Positions 1 to 8,895 of a DNA stretch of 32,000 nucleotides are shown here, in pieces. This DNA is from Nitrososphaera viennensis EN76 (GTDB taxonomy: Archaea; Thermoproteota; Nitrososphaeria; Nitrososphaerales; Nitrososphaeraceae). Location: contig NZ_CP007536.1 of assembly GCF_000698785.1 (NCBI RefSeq), positions 1,620,001-1,652,000 on the forward strand, read 5' to 3'. A program made the translations under genes and the position numbers. The notes under the pieces are model-generated. The model was given only the letters and a program-made list of their open reading frames with translations. It ran no database searches and had not been told where the DNA came from. Positions within the stretch are counted from its first letter, which is position 1, and each line of letters opens with the position of its first letter.

Positions 1-259
1 TTCGTCATTTCAAGAAGACATAATTTTAAAAAATTTACAATCCTGCAAAAATTGCCTATGTCGGCTTTTGCCAAGCCGCTTCATAACTCTTTAAGCATAC
101 TCCTTATCTTGTTTCTTCCCTCTTGCGGACGACGACGTAACTTGGAAAAATAAAAAGATATTTTGCAGAGTTTCTTTTCGCTCTTATTGCTCCTCTCAAG
201 CGCATCAACTTGCTCGCCTGTGAGAAAAGGAGCTTATACTGATGGCCGCGGCAGCATCT

Positions 260-520
260 GAAATAGACAAGTCTGCAGTGCAGACATCATGACTCCAATA
301 TCGCGACCAAGAAATAGAATTAGAAAAGTCGCAGTCTCTGCAAACACCGAGAAACGAGCATTATCTTGAAATGCAGTAAAGCAGAGTCTGCACATGCATG
401 CACTTTATTGCAGGGATTTGCATGGAAATGCATGTTTTTGCAAAGAATGCCTATCGATATTATAAATCATTATTGCTCATCCTGAACAACATATAATTTC
501 TATAATAACTAGCTCTTGTC
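260..520 (+). promoter_or_regulatory. amoC upstream control region: TGCA-core motif array plus TATA-like AT boxes
   Basis: Perfect 15-bp palindrome gtctgcaGtgcagac at 271-285. AGTCTGCA at 270-277 and 385-392, with variant AGTCTCTGCA at 333-342. Direct repeat gaaataga at 260-267 and 311-318. ttgcatgg / atgcatgt / tttgcaaag at 418-446. AT boxes tattataaat (458-467) and ttctataataac (498-509) lie upstream of the ATG at 637. Function is inferred from position only. Confidence 0.35.
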
Positions 521-636
521 AGTGTGACTAATAGCACAGTATCCAATGCATGTCTGTAAAATGTATATCATTACTTGTAGATTTTGCAACACAAGTAATT
601 AGAATTACGATTTTCTATAAATGGCGAGGAACTAAA

Positions 637-1200
637 ATGGCACAAATGCCTGCACTGATACCAAAAGAAGTCGAAATACAGAGGCTGAAAAAGATCTACA
701 TCTTTGTCATATGCCTTGGTTCTATCGCAGCCTCCGTCGAAGTCGACAACTTCGTCGATGGCTCGCTGCACCAGACTGCAATCAGAGACTCGGCCTTCAC
801 GCCGGCCCACTGGTGGCTGTACAGCCACTTCGTGGCCCTTCCAATCGGCTGGGGCATGGTGGCCATGTACGATAGAAGGGTCCCGGTACTCAGAGGTCCA
901 GGCAACTCGATGAACACGGGCTTGAAGATAACCATCATTGGCTATCTGGCAACCATGTTCACCATAGGTGTGAATGAACTCTGGCACTTCTGGTTCGTGG
1001 AAGAAATCTTCTCCGTTCCGAACCACTGGATGTTCAACATGGGTGTCGTAGTGGCATTCATGGGCGCTCTGGCCTATGTCGTCAGAGTGTACGCCAGACT
1101 GGTGGAACTGGGTGCAGAAACACCAGCAAAGAACCCGTATGTAGCAGAGTTGTACAAGCTAGCGCTGGAAGGCAAGCTGTACAGCAGGTCGATACCGTAG
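637..1200 (+). CDS. amoC: ammonia monooxygenase subunit C (archaeal AmoC), solitary copy
   Basis: The 187-aa product from ATG 637 reads MAQMPALIPKEVEIQRLKK...SIRDSAFTPAHWW...VPVLRGPGNSMNTGLK...NELWHFWFVEEIF...NHWMFNMGVVVAF. By recall this matches the strongly conserved archaeal AmoC sequence along nearly its whole length. The track ORF start at 550 adds 29 non-conserved residues. No amoA, amoB or amoX is adjacent. Confidence 0.93.
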   Translation: MAQMPALIPKEVEIQRLKKIYIFVICLGSIAASVEVDNFVDGSLHQTAIRDSAFTPAHWWLYSHFVALPIGWGMVAMYDRRVPVLRGPGNSMNTGLKITIIGYLATMFTIGVNELWHFWFVEEIFSVPNHWMFNMGVVVAFMGALAYVVRVYARLVELGAETPAKNPYVAELYKLALEGKLYSRSIP

Positions 1201-1225
1201 GAAAGAACAAACGAACAAAAAAGAG

Positions 1226-1241
1226 ACATACATACACACAC
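1226..1241. repeat. alternating purine-pyrimidine tract, 16 nt
   Basis: acatacatacacacac is strictly R-Y alternating and starts 26 nt after the amoC stop. Confidence 0.8.
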
Positions 1242-1275
1242 CGAGATAGAGGGAGAGAATATACGCATCTGTGCT

Positions 1276-1325
1276 GAGGACAGGGAGGGACTGTGCTGGT
1301 TTCCCTGTCCTCATTTTCTTTTCTT
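1276..1325 (+). terminator. hairpin plus T-rich tail downstream of amoC
   Basis: Perfect 11-bp stem gaggacaggga (1276-1286) / tccctgtcctc (1302-1312) with a 15-nt loop, followed by attttcttttctt (1313-1325). It lies between convergent amoC and the gene at 1343-1900. Confidence 0.55.
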
Positions 1326-1342
1326 AAAACAAATAGAGAAGG

Positions 1343-1900
1343 TCAGTTTTTGTATTCGAGCGATACAAGCGAGTCGCTTATGAAAAAAACTGGCGCTTTT
1401 CCAAACGCCTCCAGCGTAGACTCGAGCATTATCTTCAGGTAGAGGGACCAGTTCTTTCCCAGATCGTGTTTTATGATTATGTTATGGCCGCCGTCTTCTC
1501 GCGTGCGGTGCGCGACTTCGCAGCCCGAATTCTTCATCCTCATCTCGATCCATGAAATGAATGCATCAGAATTGAATCTGCCCTGTACAAAGATTGACAT
1601 ATCGATGGCGGTACTCTTTCCAATTCCATTTGCAAGCTTTTCGACCTCGTCCTGGTTCATACTTGCAAATATGCTTGCCAGCACCGGTTTTGGAAACGGC
1701 ATCATTCCAATCTTGGATTCAAACAGGTCCCATTCAACATGCTGGCGCAATACCTGGTTAATGTATGCGTTAAGGCTTGTCTGCCTTTTTTCTGATTCTG
1801 CGCGCAGTTTCTTCATTACGGCCGAACTGACACGAAAAGTTGCATTGACAGAGTCTTCATGAAACGTGCTACTATCTTCTTTGAAATCAGCTTCATGCAT
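1343..1900 (-). CDS. RHH-domain putative transcription regulator with uncharacterised C-terminal domain (paralog 1 of 3)
   Basis: ATG start, 185 aa. Ribbon-helix-helix pattern ATFRVSSAVMKKLRAESEKRQTSLNAYINQVLRQHV. C-terminal motifs IGMMPFP and HDLGKNWSLY are shared with 7477-8061 and 11918-12646. Confidence 0.75.
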   Translation of the reverse strand: MHEADFKEDSSTFHEDSVNATFRVSSAVMKKLRAESEKRQTSLNAYINQVLRQHVEWDLFESKIGMMPFPKPVLASIFASMNQDEVEKLANGIGKSTAIDMSIFVQGRFNSDAFISWIEMRMKNSGCEVAHRTREDGGHNIIIKHDLGKNWSLYLKIMLESTLEAFGKAPVFFISDSLVSLEYKN

Positions 1901-1921
1901 ATGTGTATGTGCATATGTACA
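1894..1921. repeat. alternating purine-pyrimidine tract, 28 nt
   Basis: catgcatatgtgtatgtgcatatgtaca is strictly alternating. It overlaps the start codon and 5' flank of the 1343-1900 gene. Confidence 0.85.
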
Positions 1922-2380
1922 ATCTATGGTCTGTAATTATAGTCTAGGTTAACCATGTTAACTGTCTGAAGCAGCGCCGCGCGATGCAGGCCCGGCAAAA
2001 ACATGATCAAAAAGTAACTCCCGGAAACTCTTCTCTTCCTCCTGCTCAGGCAGGGTCCTACTCGCCCATCTCGGGCTTTCGGACCTTGTGTCTGAACTTG
2101 GCGTGAACTATCGTTCCGTGGTTGGATGTCCGTCCCGCGGATTATAGCAATTCATTATCGTATAACCTTCTATTAAGCGAGTTCGAATGACATTCTGTAG
2201 TTTTGTAATATAGGCTTGAATTGGATAAAATATCTGTTGAAAATAAAGATGGCAAGAATTGGATTCACATGGGGCCGGTCTGAGCCGGATGTAGTTTACT
2301 CTAGTGTGAGTGTGCGACTGTCATGACGCTACTGGAAGCATCAAAGGCTTCCTGAGAAACAAAGAAGGTTAGAAAAGAAG

Positions 2381-2929
2381 TCAGGTCAATGCCTTCTTTA
2401 TTGCGTCAGCGTATATCTTGTATACTCTCTCTTCAAGTCCAGAATCAATATCTTGATTTGAGTGTTCCTTTGCAGCATGAACCAAGGCACGGGATATCTT
2501 TTCTGAAAGCACATTCATTGCTTCTTGCGTTGGAGGAATCGGAAAACGTGAGTCCTTGAGAAGGATGGTGGAAACGATTCCCCTGGTCCGTTCCAAGCTG
2601 ACGGGATAAAAATAACGCGCAATGTTCTTGGGGAGAGCATCCAGATCATAGACGAAAAGATAAGCTGCTGGCGCAAAGAACTTTTGTATAACTCTGTGTC
2701 TTTCCGTCTCCCTCTTTACCATGACAACCAATTTCTTTGATCTGAGGACTTTCATGTGGTGGTTAAGTGAAGGGGTGGCCAAGCCAAGCTCGCTTGCCAG
2801 CTTTGCTTGAGTCATTGGTCTAGTTCTCAGCAATTCAAGTATCGCCCTTCTCATGGGGTCTATCAGTATTTTGGCGATGACGGGATTGTCCACCACATAT
2901 ACAACTCTCATATACGCAGATTCGTTCAT
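2381..2929 (-). CDS. ArsR/SmtB-type winged-helix transcriptional regulator
   Basis: ATG start, 182 aa. DPMRRAILELLRTRPMTQAKLASELGLATPSLNHHMKVLRSKKLV fits the ArsR-family HTH pattern. It has an extra ~90-aa C-terminal part. Confidence 0.8.
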   Translation of the reverse strand: MNESAYMRVVYVVDNPVIAKILIDPMRRAILELLRTRPMTQAKLASELGLATPSLNHHMKVLRSKKLVVMVKRETERHRVIQKFFAPAAYLFVYDLDALPKNIARYFYPVSLERTRGIVSTILLKDSRFPIPPTQEAMNVLSEKISRALVHAAKEHSNQDIDSGLEERVYKIYADAIKKALT

Positions 2930-2996
2930 AAGGGCCGGTTAAAAGGGATTTTGGAAGACTTGCTGGAGGCGTTATAATATAAGATACATCGAACCG

Positions 2997-3010
2997 TTAG
3001 ATTTATCTAA
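2997..3010. promoter_or_regulatory. candidate operator palindrome in the divergent ArsR / secreted-protein intergenic region
   Basis: ttagat-tt-atctaa (6-bp inverted repeat) lies between the divergent starts at 2929 and 3078. The nearby AT box gttataatataag is TATA-like. Its role is an inference. Confidence 0.25.
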
Positions 3011-3077
3011 TGTTAATTTCAAGAGGTAGTATGAGGTAAGGGGTTTGAGATTCTACTTTCCACAGCGGAGGATAAAG

Positions 3078-4565
3078 ATGAGACAAAGTAATCACTTTGG
3101 AATTGACAAGAACATCAACATAAAGAAGACATTCTTAATTATTGCAACCCTCCTTGTCGCTGGCACCCTTGCACAGATATCTGCTTCTCCAAAAGCCTTT
3201 GCAGACGGCCTCACGCAGGAAAATCTTCCTCCTGCAACATTTGGCAACCGGGAGGCAGCGCTTTTTGTCAAGATTAATCCGCCGATTCTGACGACAGAAT
3301 CGCAGCAGGATGCGTACCTGCAGTTCAGGCTGTTTGACGTCAAGACCAACGAGACGATAAAGTTCCCGACGCTCAACATCGCCGTGTACAAGGGCACGGA
3401 CCCGAAAGCCAAGCCCCTCATGCAGGATTTCTTCCAGAGTGAAAACGGCCTCTTGACGCTAAAGATAAAGCCGCAGGAAGGCCCTGTCCAGATCCAGGGC
3501 AGCCGGGAGCCGTTCCTTAGCGCATTGCAGGCAGACCCTGGCGGAACGGTGAACGTCAGCGGGCCGGTATTGCTGGACGGCGGGCTGTACCGCATCGATG
3601 TAGAGGTATTTGGCATCGATTTTCCTACTAACATCTTCAAGGACGAGGACGTCAAGACGTTCGAGACCGCCCTCTCTGTGGGCGATGTCTATAGCCAGAA
3701 CGTCCAGTCTGCAGACGGCAAGACCTACCCGATGTCTATAATCTCGTACTACGACAAGGTTGAGGACTTTAACTTTAACGCAGAATCCAAGACCTATTCC
3801 TGGGCCATGCCCTTTGACTGGAATGTAGAGAGGATACAGAACGCACAAATGTTTCGTGCATGAAGAGGTGAAGGTGCCCAAGTCGTTGCAGGCGTGGGGC
3901 GACGCGTCTGCCTTGAGCAAGGTCAACGGCAAGCCCAATGCGGGCCGCATGCTGGCAGTCGACCCGTTCGCAGACGAGAACAACCTCATACTGCACTTCT
4001 GATAAACAAGAACGACATACTGGACATGGCCAGGAACGATCCTCCGGCTGATGGAAAGATGTCGTTCTCCTTCTCTCCAGCCGGCGCCGCAGGGGAGCAG
4101 ACATCAGGCGAGATATCCACAGACACGGGCGGCATCCATGTCCTCATGAACTGGACTCCAAGCCAGCTCAAGGCAGGCACCGATACGAAACTCAACATGC
4201 GGTTTGTCGACGCGTTTGCCGGCGCCAGCATCACCGACGACGTCAAGTACGACATCAAGATATTTGACAAGGCCGGCAAGGAGGTATTTGCAAAGGCGGA
4301 CCAGATTGCCAAGGGCGGCGCAGGCGAGCAGACGGGATTGAACTTCCCTGCCGACGAGAACTACCGCGTCGAGGTGACGGTCAAGGGGCTAGTCAAGGAA
4401 GGGCAGGCGCCTGACCTCACGAGAAACGGGATTGCAAGAGGAACGGTGGTTGTGCCGGAATTTCCTGCGTCTGCCAGCATGCTCGTGGCCGTAAGCGCCA
4501 TTGTTGGACTTGTAATATTGATCCAAAGGACCCGGAAATTCACCGGAGGGAGAGGTTATCCATAG
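3078..4565 (+). pseudogene. secreted protein with PEF(G)-CTERM-like archaeosortase sorting tail, interrupted by two compensating frameshifts
   Basis: ATG 3078 gives a signal peptide (KKTFLIIATLLVAGTLAQISASPKAFA). Frame 0 stops at 3861-3863. The sequence continues sensibly in the +1 frame from 3859 (HEEVKVPKSLQAWGDASALSKVNGKPNAGRMLAVDPFADENNLILHF), stops at about 4000, then returns to frame 0 (LINKNDILDMA...). The C-terminus VVVPEFPASASMLVAVSAIVGLVILIQRTRKF is a motif plus TM helix plus basic tail, as in thaumarchaeal PEFG-CTERM proteins. Confidence 0.7.
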
Positions 4566-4826
4566 AGAAAGTGATCTGCAAATTGGAAGCGGATGCCAGT
4601 GACAATGGTGGCGGTAGTGATGGGAAGACAGCCAGTGAGATCTAAGAGACGGCGGCGACCAAGACACAAGTCTTCTACAAGAAGCAACATAAGGAAGTAT
4701 GCTTGCGGATGTATTATTCAATCAAGCAACCGCTGCAACGCATTCTTTGTATCTTTGTGCGATTACCATAGAGGGGAAACAAATACCACTTCTGCCACGT
4801 TAGAACAGCTGGAAGACAAGATGCAG

Positions 4827-4848
4827 GGTTCTGTCAAGTCTTAGGTTG
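4827..4848. repeat. terminal inverted repeat at the tnpB 3' end
   Basis: 22/22 match to the reverse complement of 6129-6150. It overlaps the last codons of tnpB (HQPKT*). Confidence 0.9.
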
Positions 4849-6085
4849 GTGAACAACCCTGTCAACTTTCGGTTGTTGACAGTGACTCAACTTCGCAGCA
4901 TCGACTCTGAGGATTACCGGCATCGCTTCTCCCGGGTTCCCCTTCATTGCTTCACATGCTGCGCCTTTTGAACTGGCGAACCTTGCCAGCCCTTTGAATG
5001 AAAGGTTCATGGCCGCTACCACGTCCCTGTCCATCCATCTCTTGCATTCTGCACACCACAACTGCCTTGCCTTCCTGTCCTTTTGGGTCATCTTCTTCCC
5101 GCATCTAGGACAGAGCTGCGATGTGCCTCTCGTTTCCTTGACGGACAACTGAATTACGCGTACTCCTTCCCAAGCTGCTTTGTACGTGATAAGCCGCTTT
5201 ATTTCTGCAAAAGACCAGCCGTTCAATGTTGAGCGATAGTTCCTGCCCTGTCCATTACCTCGTTGATATAGCCGGCGTATGTAGGTAATGTCCTCAAATG
5301 CTATCGCTGCTTTGTCATTCTTGGCCTTGTTTGCAACTGCTTTTGATACGTGGTGTAGGAGCTGGTTTACTCTATTCCTGCGGCGCTTGCCGTACTTGTT
5401 AGCTATCTTCTTTCTTACCCTCACATCGTTGCGCTTGAACGACCGGATAATTGACCACGTGTTCTCTGTAATATCAACTGCTTTTGATAGGTCGTATTGC
5501 ATCACGTTCTCGTAATTTCCGACAGTAAGATTGCGGAGGTTCCTGTCTACGCCTTCTATGCTGGTGCATTCAACTTCTTCTGTGACCTCTTTTGAGATGC
5601 AGATGCTGACCGTGTTGCTAGCAGTCAACGTGATAGAACGCACTTTCACCGAAGGGTCTGATAGGATTCCACTTACGTGGTTATTCAGGGGAATGTCGAA
5701 GTACTGTCTGTCGCCAAGGGGCACTTTCAAAAATACTACCATCATCCACAATCTTGAACCCCGTGTATGTTGCCAGCAATGGTCTTTTGGCGTATGGTTG
5801 CCTTGGCTCAAACCCTCTCCTTATCGACGTTTTCCTGTTGGCAAGTATGCCTGCGGCGTGCGAGATTGCACAGATTTTGTAAATGCTATAAACATCGTAC
5901 CTACTAAGCTCGTGATAGCATAACTTGGTTAACTTGATTCTAGTTGATACGTTGTTTTCAAGACCGATCCTAATGCAGTCATTAACCATCTGCCTGAACG
6001 TTTCCATGAGAGGCAGCAGAGGTTCAGTTGAGCATGACTGTACAGTACTCTTGACTGCTAGCAACAGAACTAGAATTATAGTCAC
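4834..6085 (-). pseudogene. tnpB: TnpB (IS605 OrfB / IS1341-type RuvC-like nuclease), split by one frameshift
   Basis: The N-terminal ORF 5681-6085 ends ...YTGFKIVDDG. The C-terminal ORF 4834-5811 resumes VVFLKVPLGDRQYFDIPL in another frame, with the shift within about 5734-5749. Hallmarks: GVDRN (RuvC-I Asp), AIAFEDI (RuvC-II Glu), CPRCG...CAEC zinc ribbon, DRDVVAAMNL (RuvC-III Asp). Confidence 0.85.
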
Positions 6086-6128
6086 CTATTTAAGATTTGA
6101 TCAACCGATTTTTGACAGGCATTTCCAT

Positions 6129-6150
6129 CAACCTAAGACTTGACAGAACC
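6129..6150. repeat. terminal inverted repeat at the tnpB 5' end
   Basis: caacctaagacttgacagaacc is the exact reverse complement of 4827-4848. Confidence 0.9.
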
Positions 6151-6448
6151 AGATGCAAAAAGACAGAATAAATGCCACCCACAATTTCAACGCCCCGGTC
6201 GTTTAAAATTCTCCCCAGCTTGTCTCTCTCTAGCCACATCCCCCAAGTACTGCTAAGCATTTTAGAAAGAAAATCATCATCACCTACGCCAGTTATAACT
6301 CTGCGTCTGGTGATACTTTCCTATCTTGTGTTGCGGCTCAACAAGCAAGATCTCCTCCCAAGTGCATAAACCATGTGCCCCGGTAGCGTTCTCCTGCCCG
6401 CAAGTCGTTTATAGTAGCCCGCCGAATGCTGTGGTGGAGTTGTAACCT

Positions 6449-7033
6449 TTGGCAAGAACGCCGGCAATAGCAGGAAAGACGTCTGATCCGCTTCATCATA
6501 ACCCAAACCTGAATCCCTACTTTCGTTTTGACAACGAGTCCAAGCACATAAAAGATTCTGTTTTCAGCTGCAGAGGGATAATAATCAACGAGAGGTTCTG
6601 GAACCGGATCCACAAGGAACTGATGGATCTGTCAAAAGACTCTGGTCCTGTCATACTATACCAGCTTGGGCTGAACTATGGATGGGAAGTAGGCGGTCAA
6701 GGCAAAGATCTCATAAAGGACCCTCTTGCCGCTGTTAATTTCCTAGAGTATTACGGCTTGCTGGCCGGCTGGGGGCGTTTTGAGGCATCGGAACTGCAAC
6801 TGACACAGGGACGCTTGGCAAAGCCCATCGTCGTGAAGGTATTCGATAATTTCTTTGCGCGCGCTGCTGGAAGAAGTGAGACGGGCAACCCTGGCTGCTT
6901 TTTCCTTTCGGGACTCATCGCAGGTGTGGTGGATGCATTGTTTGGTGCCCATCATAACTGCCTTGAGGACAAGTGCATTTCTGCAGGCTCGGAATGCTGC
7001 GAGTTTGTCGTTGCAAGGATGACTATGGACTAA
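6449..7033 (+). CDS. V4R (4-vinyl reductase) domain small-molecule-binding protein
   Basis: GIIINERFWNRIHKEL...ILYQLGLNYGWEVG...CFFLSGLIAGVVDALFG...CLEDKCISAGSECCEFVV matches the V4R pattern, including the C-terminal Cys cluster. The start is uncertain: TTG at 6449, with no upstream in-frame ATG. Confidence 0.72.
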   Translation: MARTPAIAGKTSDPLHHNPNLNPYFRFDNESKHIKDSVFSCRGIIINERFWNRIHKELMDLSKDSGPVILYQLGLNYGWEVGGQGKDLIKDPLAAVNFLEYYGLLAGWGRFEASELQLTQGRLAKPIVVKVFDNFFARAAGRSETGNPGCFFLSGLIAGVVDALFGAHHNCLEDKCISAGSECCEFVVARMTMD

Positions 7034-7048
7034 CTAGAGATGAAAAGA

Positions 7049-7093
7049 ATACACGCACACATACGCGCATATACTGTACGAGTATGTGCATGC
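7049..7093. repeat. alternating purine-pyrimidine tract (26-nt perfect run plus 6- and 12-nt continuations)
   Basis: atacacgcacacatacgcgcatatac (7049-7074) is strictly alternating. It is followed by tgtacg and gtatgtgcatgc, and starts 16 nt after the V4R stop. Confidence 0.85.
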
Positions 7094-7476
7094 CTAACGG
7101 GTCCGTTAACTATTCGTAGGCCACGAGTTTCCCTCAATGAACTTCGACCGATGACAAGTTAACAGTACTTAATGGCAGCAGTATATGGCAAGCGAGATTT
7201 AGTGTATTGCACTGCAAGTAAACATCCGGAGCAGTCTCGGATAATATGTGGGGACCGTACGCCAAGGCAGCAATCAGCTCGAAGGTCATTTGAGATAGGG
7301 CTCTGCTCAGGGCAGTAATGCTAAAGCCATTTCGAACAAGAATATAGCATCAAGAGAAAGAACCGAGGCTCCCTATGTTCTGCGCAAAGAGACAATCATT
7401 GAAAAACATTTGTAAACATCTTCCAAAATCCTATTAGTGAGGCACACTTTCTTATTATTATGGGGCACACGAAGGA

Positions 7477-8061
7477 ATGACAACCACCAGCATTACATTT
7501 CGCATTGATGATAACCAGATAGAACGTTTAAGAAAATTGGCAGACGAACAGAGGATATCTCTCAATACTCTAATAACTCATATTCTCGACTCATATCTAG
7601 AATTTGAATTCATTGCTCCAAAAGTAGGATTTGCTCCAATGCAGAAATCTGTTCTGAAAGACTTGTTTGAAGCAGTACCTGATGAAGAAAAGATAAAGCA
7701 AATAGCAATCAAGGCTGCAGACGATCTCATAGATTCAATTCTTATTATATACGGTAAGGTTGACTTGGACTCGGTTCTTTCTTTAATATCGAGCAGGGTC
7801 AGGAGGTCAGGCTTTACATTAAGAGAGTTTGAAAATGGCAAAAGTCAGGAGATGACCCGTGTGACAAGAAAATTGGTTATGCAACATGACGTAGGCTATC
7901 ACTGGTCGCTTTTCTCCAAGACACATATCGAAAGACTAATCAACAATGCAGGTTATGCTGCAAAGATAGAGATGACTGAGAACTCTTTGATAATCGAGAT
8001 CCTGGAACGAGGAGAAGAGACAGGGGCTGACAGTAGGGGCCAACTTCGTACGCAATTCTGA
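7477..8061 (+). CDS. RHH-domain putative regulator with uncharacterised C-terminal domain (paralog 2 of 3)
   Basis: ATG start with the AT box cttattattat about 20 nt upstream. RHH pattern ITFRIDDNQIERLRKLADEQRISLNTLITHILDSYL. Shared motifs VGFAPM and HDVGYHWSLF. Confidence 0.75.
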   Translation: MTTTSITFRIDDNQIERLRKLADEQRISLNTLITHILDSYLEFEFIAPKVGFAPMQKSVLKDLFEAVPDEEKIKQIAIKAADDLIDSILIIYGKVDLDSVLSLISSRVRRSGFTLREFENGKSQEMTRVTRKLVMQHDVGYHWSLFSKTHIERLINNAGYAAKIEMTENSLIIEILERGEETGADSRGQLRTQF

Positions 8062-8308
8062 CCGTAGTTGTTCTCATGCCGGAAACTGGTCTCATTCTGC
8101 TGTCAGTCCTTTTCCTCCATAATCTGGTGTAGGATGAAAAGGTTCTCTACTTGCTTGCTAAACCCCAAGCTTTCAGGCCATATGCCAAAACAATCTCTAG
8201 AGGTCAAAGAGATCTATATCCTCAGCCCGAAAGACCTGACAAAAGAAAAAGTAGTGGGCGAACAGGGCTTTTTTGATAACCTGAAAAAATCCTGGATGTT
8301 GGGGGATT

Positions 8309-8343
8309 TGCATGCATGTATGTGTGTATGTGTGTGCGCGTGC
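8309..8343. repeat. alternating purine-pyrimidine tract, 35 nt (longest in the window)
   Basis: tgcatgcatgtatgtgtgtatgtgtgtgcgcgtgc is strictly alternating. It lies 20 nt beyond the stop of the minus-strand gene 8363-8542. Confidence 0.9.
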
Positions 8344-8362
8344 TTTTGGTCCACTGTTGATC

Positions 8363-8542
8363 TTACGAAGGGATCTCGTACCCCGCGTTTGGCAAGCACT
8401 TGTCGCAATACTTTTGGATTAGCAGGCAATCTTCCAGCTGGAAGAATACATCTGTTGTCGCTTTTTCGTTGCAGAATGAGCATTGTGTTGAAATCTTGTG
8501 TTTGTCAGGCTGGGTGGGTCTTGTTTCAAATGGTCTAATCAT
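8363..8542 (-). CDS. small Cys4 zinc-ribbon protein, family member 1 of 3
   Basis: The internal ATG at 8542 gives a 59-aa product, MIRPFETRPTQPDKHKISTQCSFCNEKATTDVFFQLEDCLLIQKYCDKCLPNAGYEIPS. It is colinear with 19132-19314 and 30620-30802. Confidence 0.7.
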   Translation of the reverse strand: MIRPFETRPTQPDKHKISTQCSFCNEKATTDVFFQLEDCLLIQKYCDKCLPNAGYEIPS

Positions 8543-8895
8543 AGTTTCACATTGGAGTTCTAAAGATAAAAGGGACGTGAGTACAATGCATCTTTCCTGT
8601 CGCGACTGCCAAAGAATAATTGCGGAGTACACCGGACTCTTTTATTGGATTAATCCAAAATAATGTTAAAGGCGTGATTCACCTTTGCCCCTCAATGAAT
8701 CAAGCCGGGGTCAGAAATAGGCTGAGTGGCCTTGAAAAGCACCAGCACTCTCTGACCTTCGGTTCTACCATGCTGGCGTTACTAGCAGCAGTTAGCTGTA
8801 GTAAATATGACCGGCCTGTAGAAGACAATTAATGAATCATATATTCATTAAAGTGTAACAAACGCGAATATCCTGTCAGAAATCTAGAAGACATC

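Larger units (their letters stand above)
4827..6150 (-). mobile_element. 1324-bp tnpB-only insertion element bounded by 22-bp perfect terminal inverted repeats
   Basis: ggttctgtcaagtcttaggttg at 4827-4848 is the exact reverse complement of 6129-6150. The flanks agatgcag (4819-4826) and agatgcaa (6151-6158) form a 7/8 direct repeat. The only gene inside is tnpB. Confidence 0.75.

Noticed and set aside
571-1026. ORFs antisense to, or out of frame within, amoC (571-1026 -, 696-938 -, 704-913 +)
   Set aside because: They lie entirely inside the strongly conserved amoC frame, and their translations look like frame noise.
1985-2160. GC-rich, hairpin-rich segment in the 480-bp gap between 1900 and 2381, containing caggcccgg (SRP-RNA-like)
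   Set aside because: The match to the SRP helix-8 motif ends after 9 nt. No RNase P or SRP conserved cores are present. It may still be structured RNA or a 5' UTR, but I cannot support a call.
5734-5749. Programmed ribosomal frameshift in tnpB
   Set aside because: There is no slippery heptamer or downstream structure, and other genes in the window have similar simple indels. Mutation or sequencing error is more parsimonious.
7172-7318. 48-aa ORF in the 440-bp gap between the V4R and RHH-2 genes
   Set aside because: It has no motif, no paralog and Arg/Ser-rich composition, so it is likely non-coding.
8068-8538. 156-aa plus-strand ORF
   Set aside because: It runs through the 35-nt alternating tract (translated as CMCVCVCAC) and is antisense to the conserved zinc-ribbon gene 8363-8542. 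Its sequence is not protein-like.
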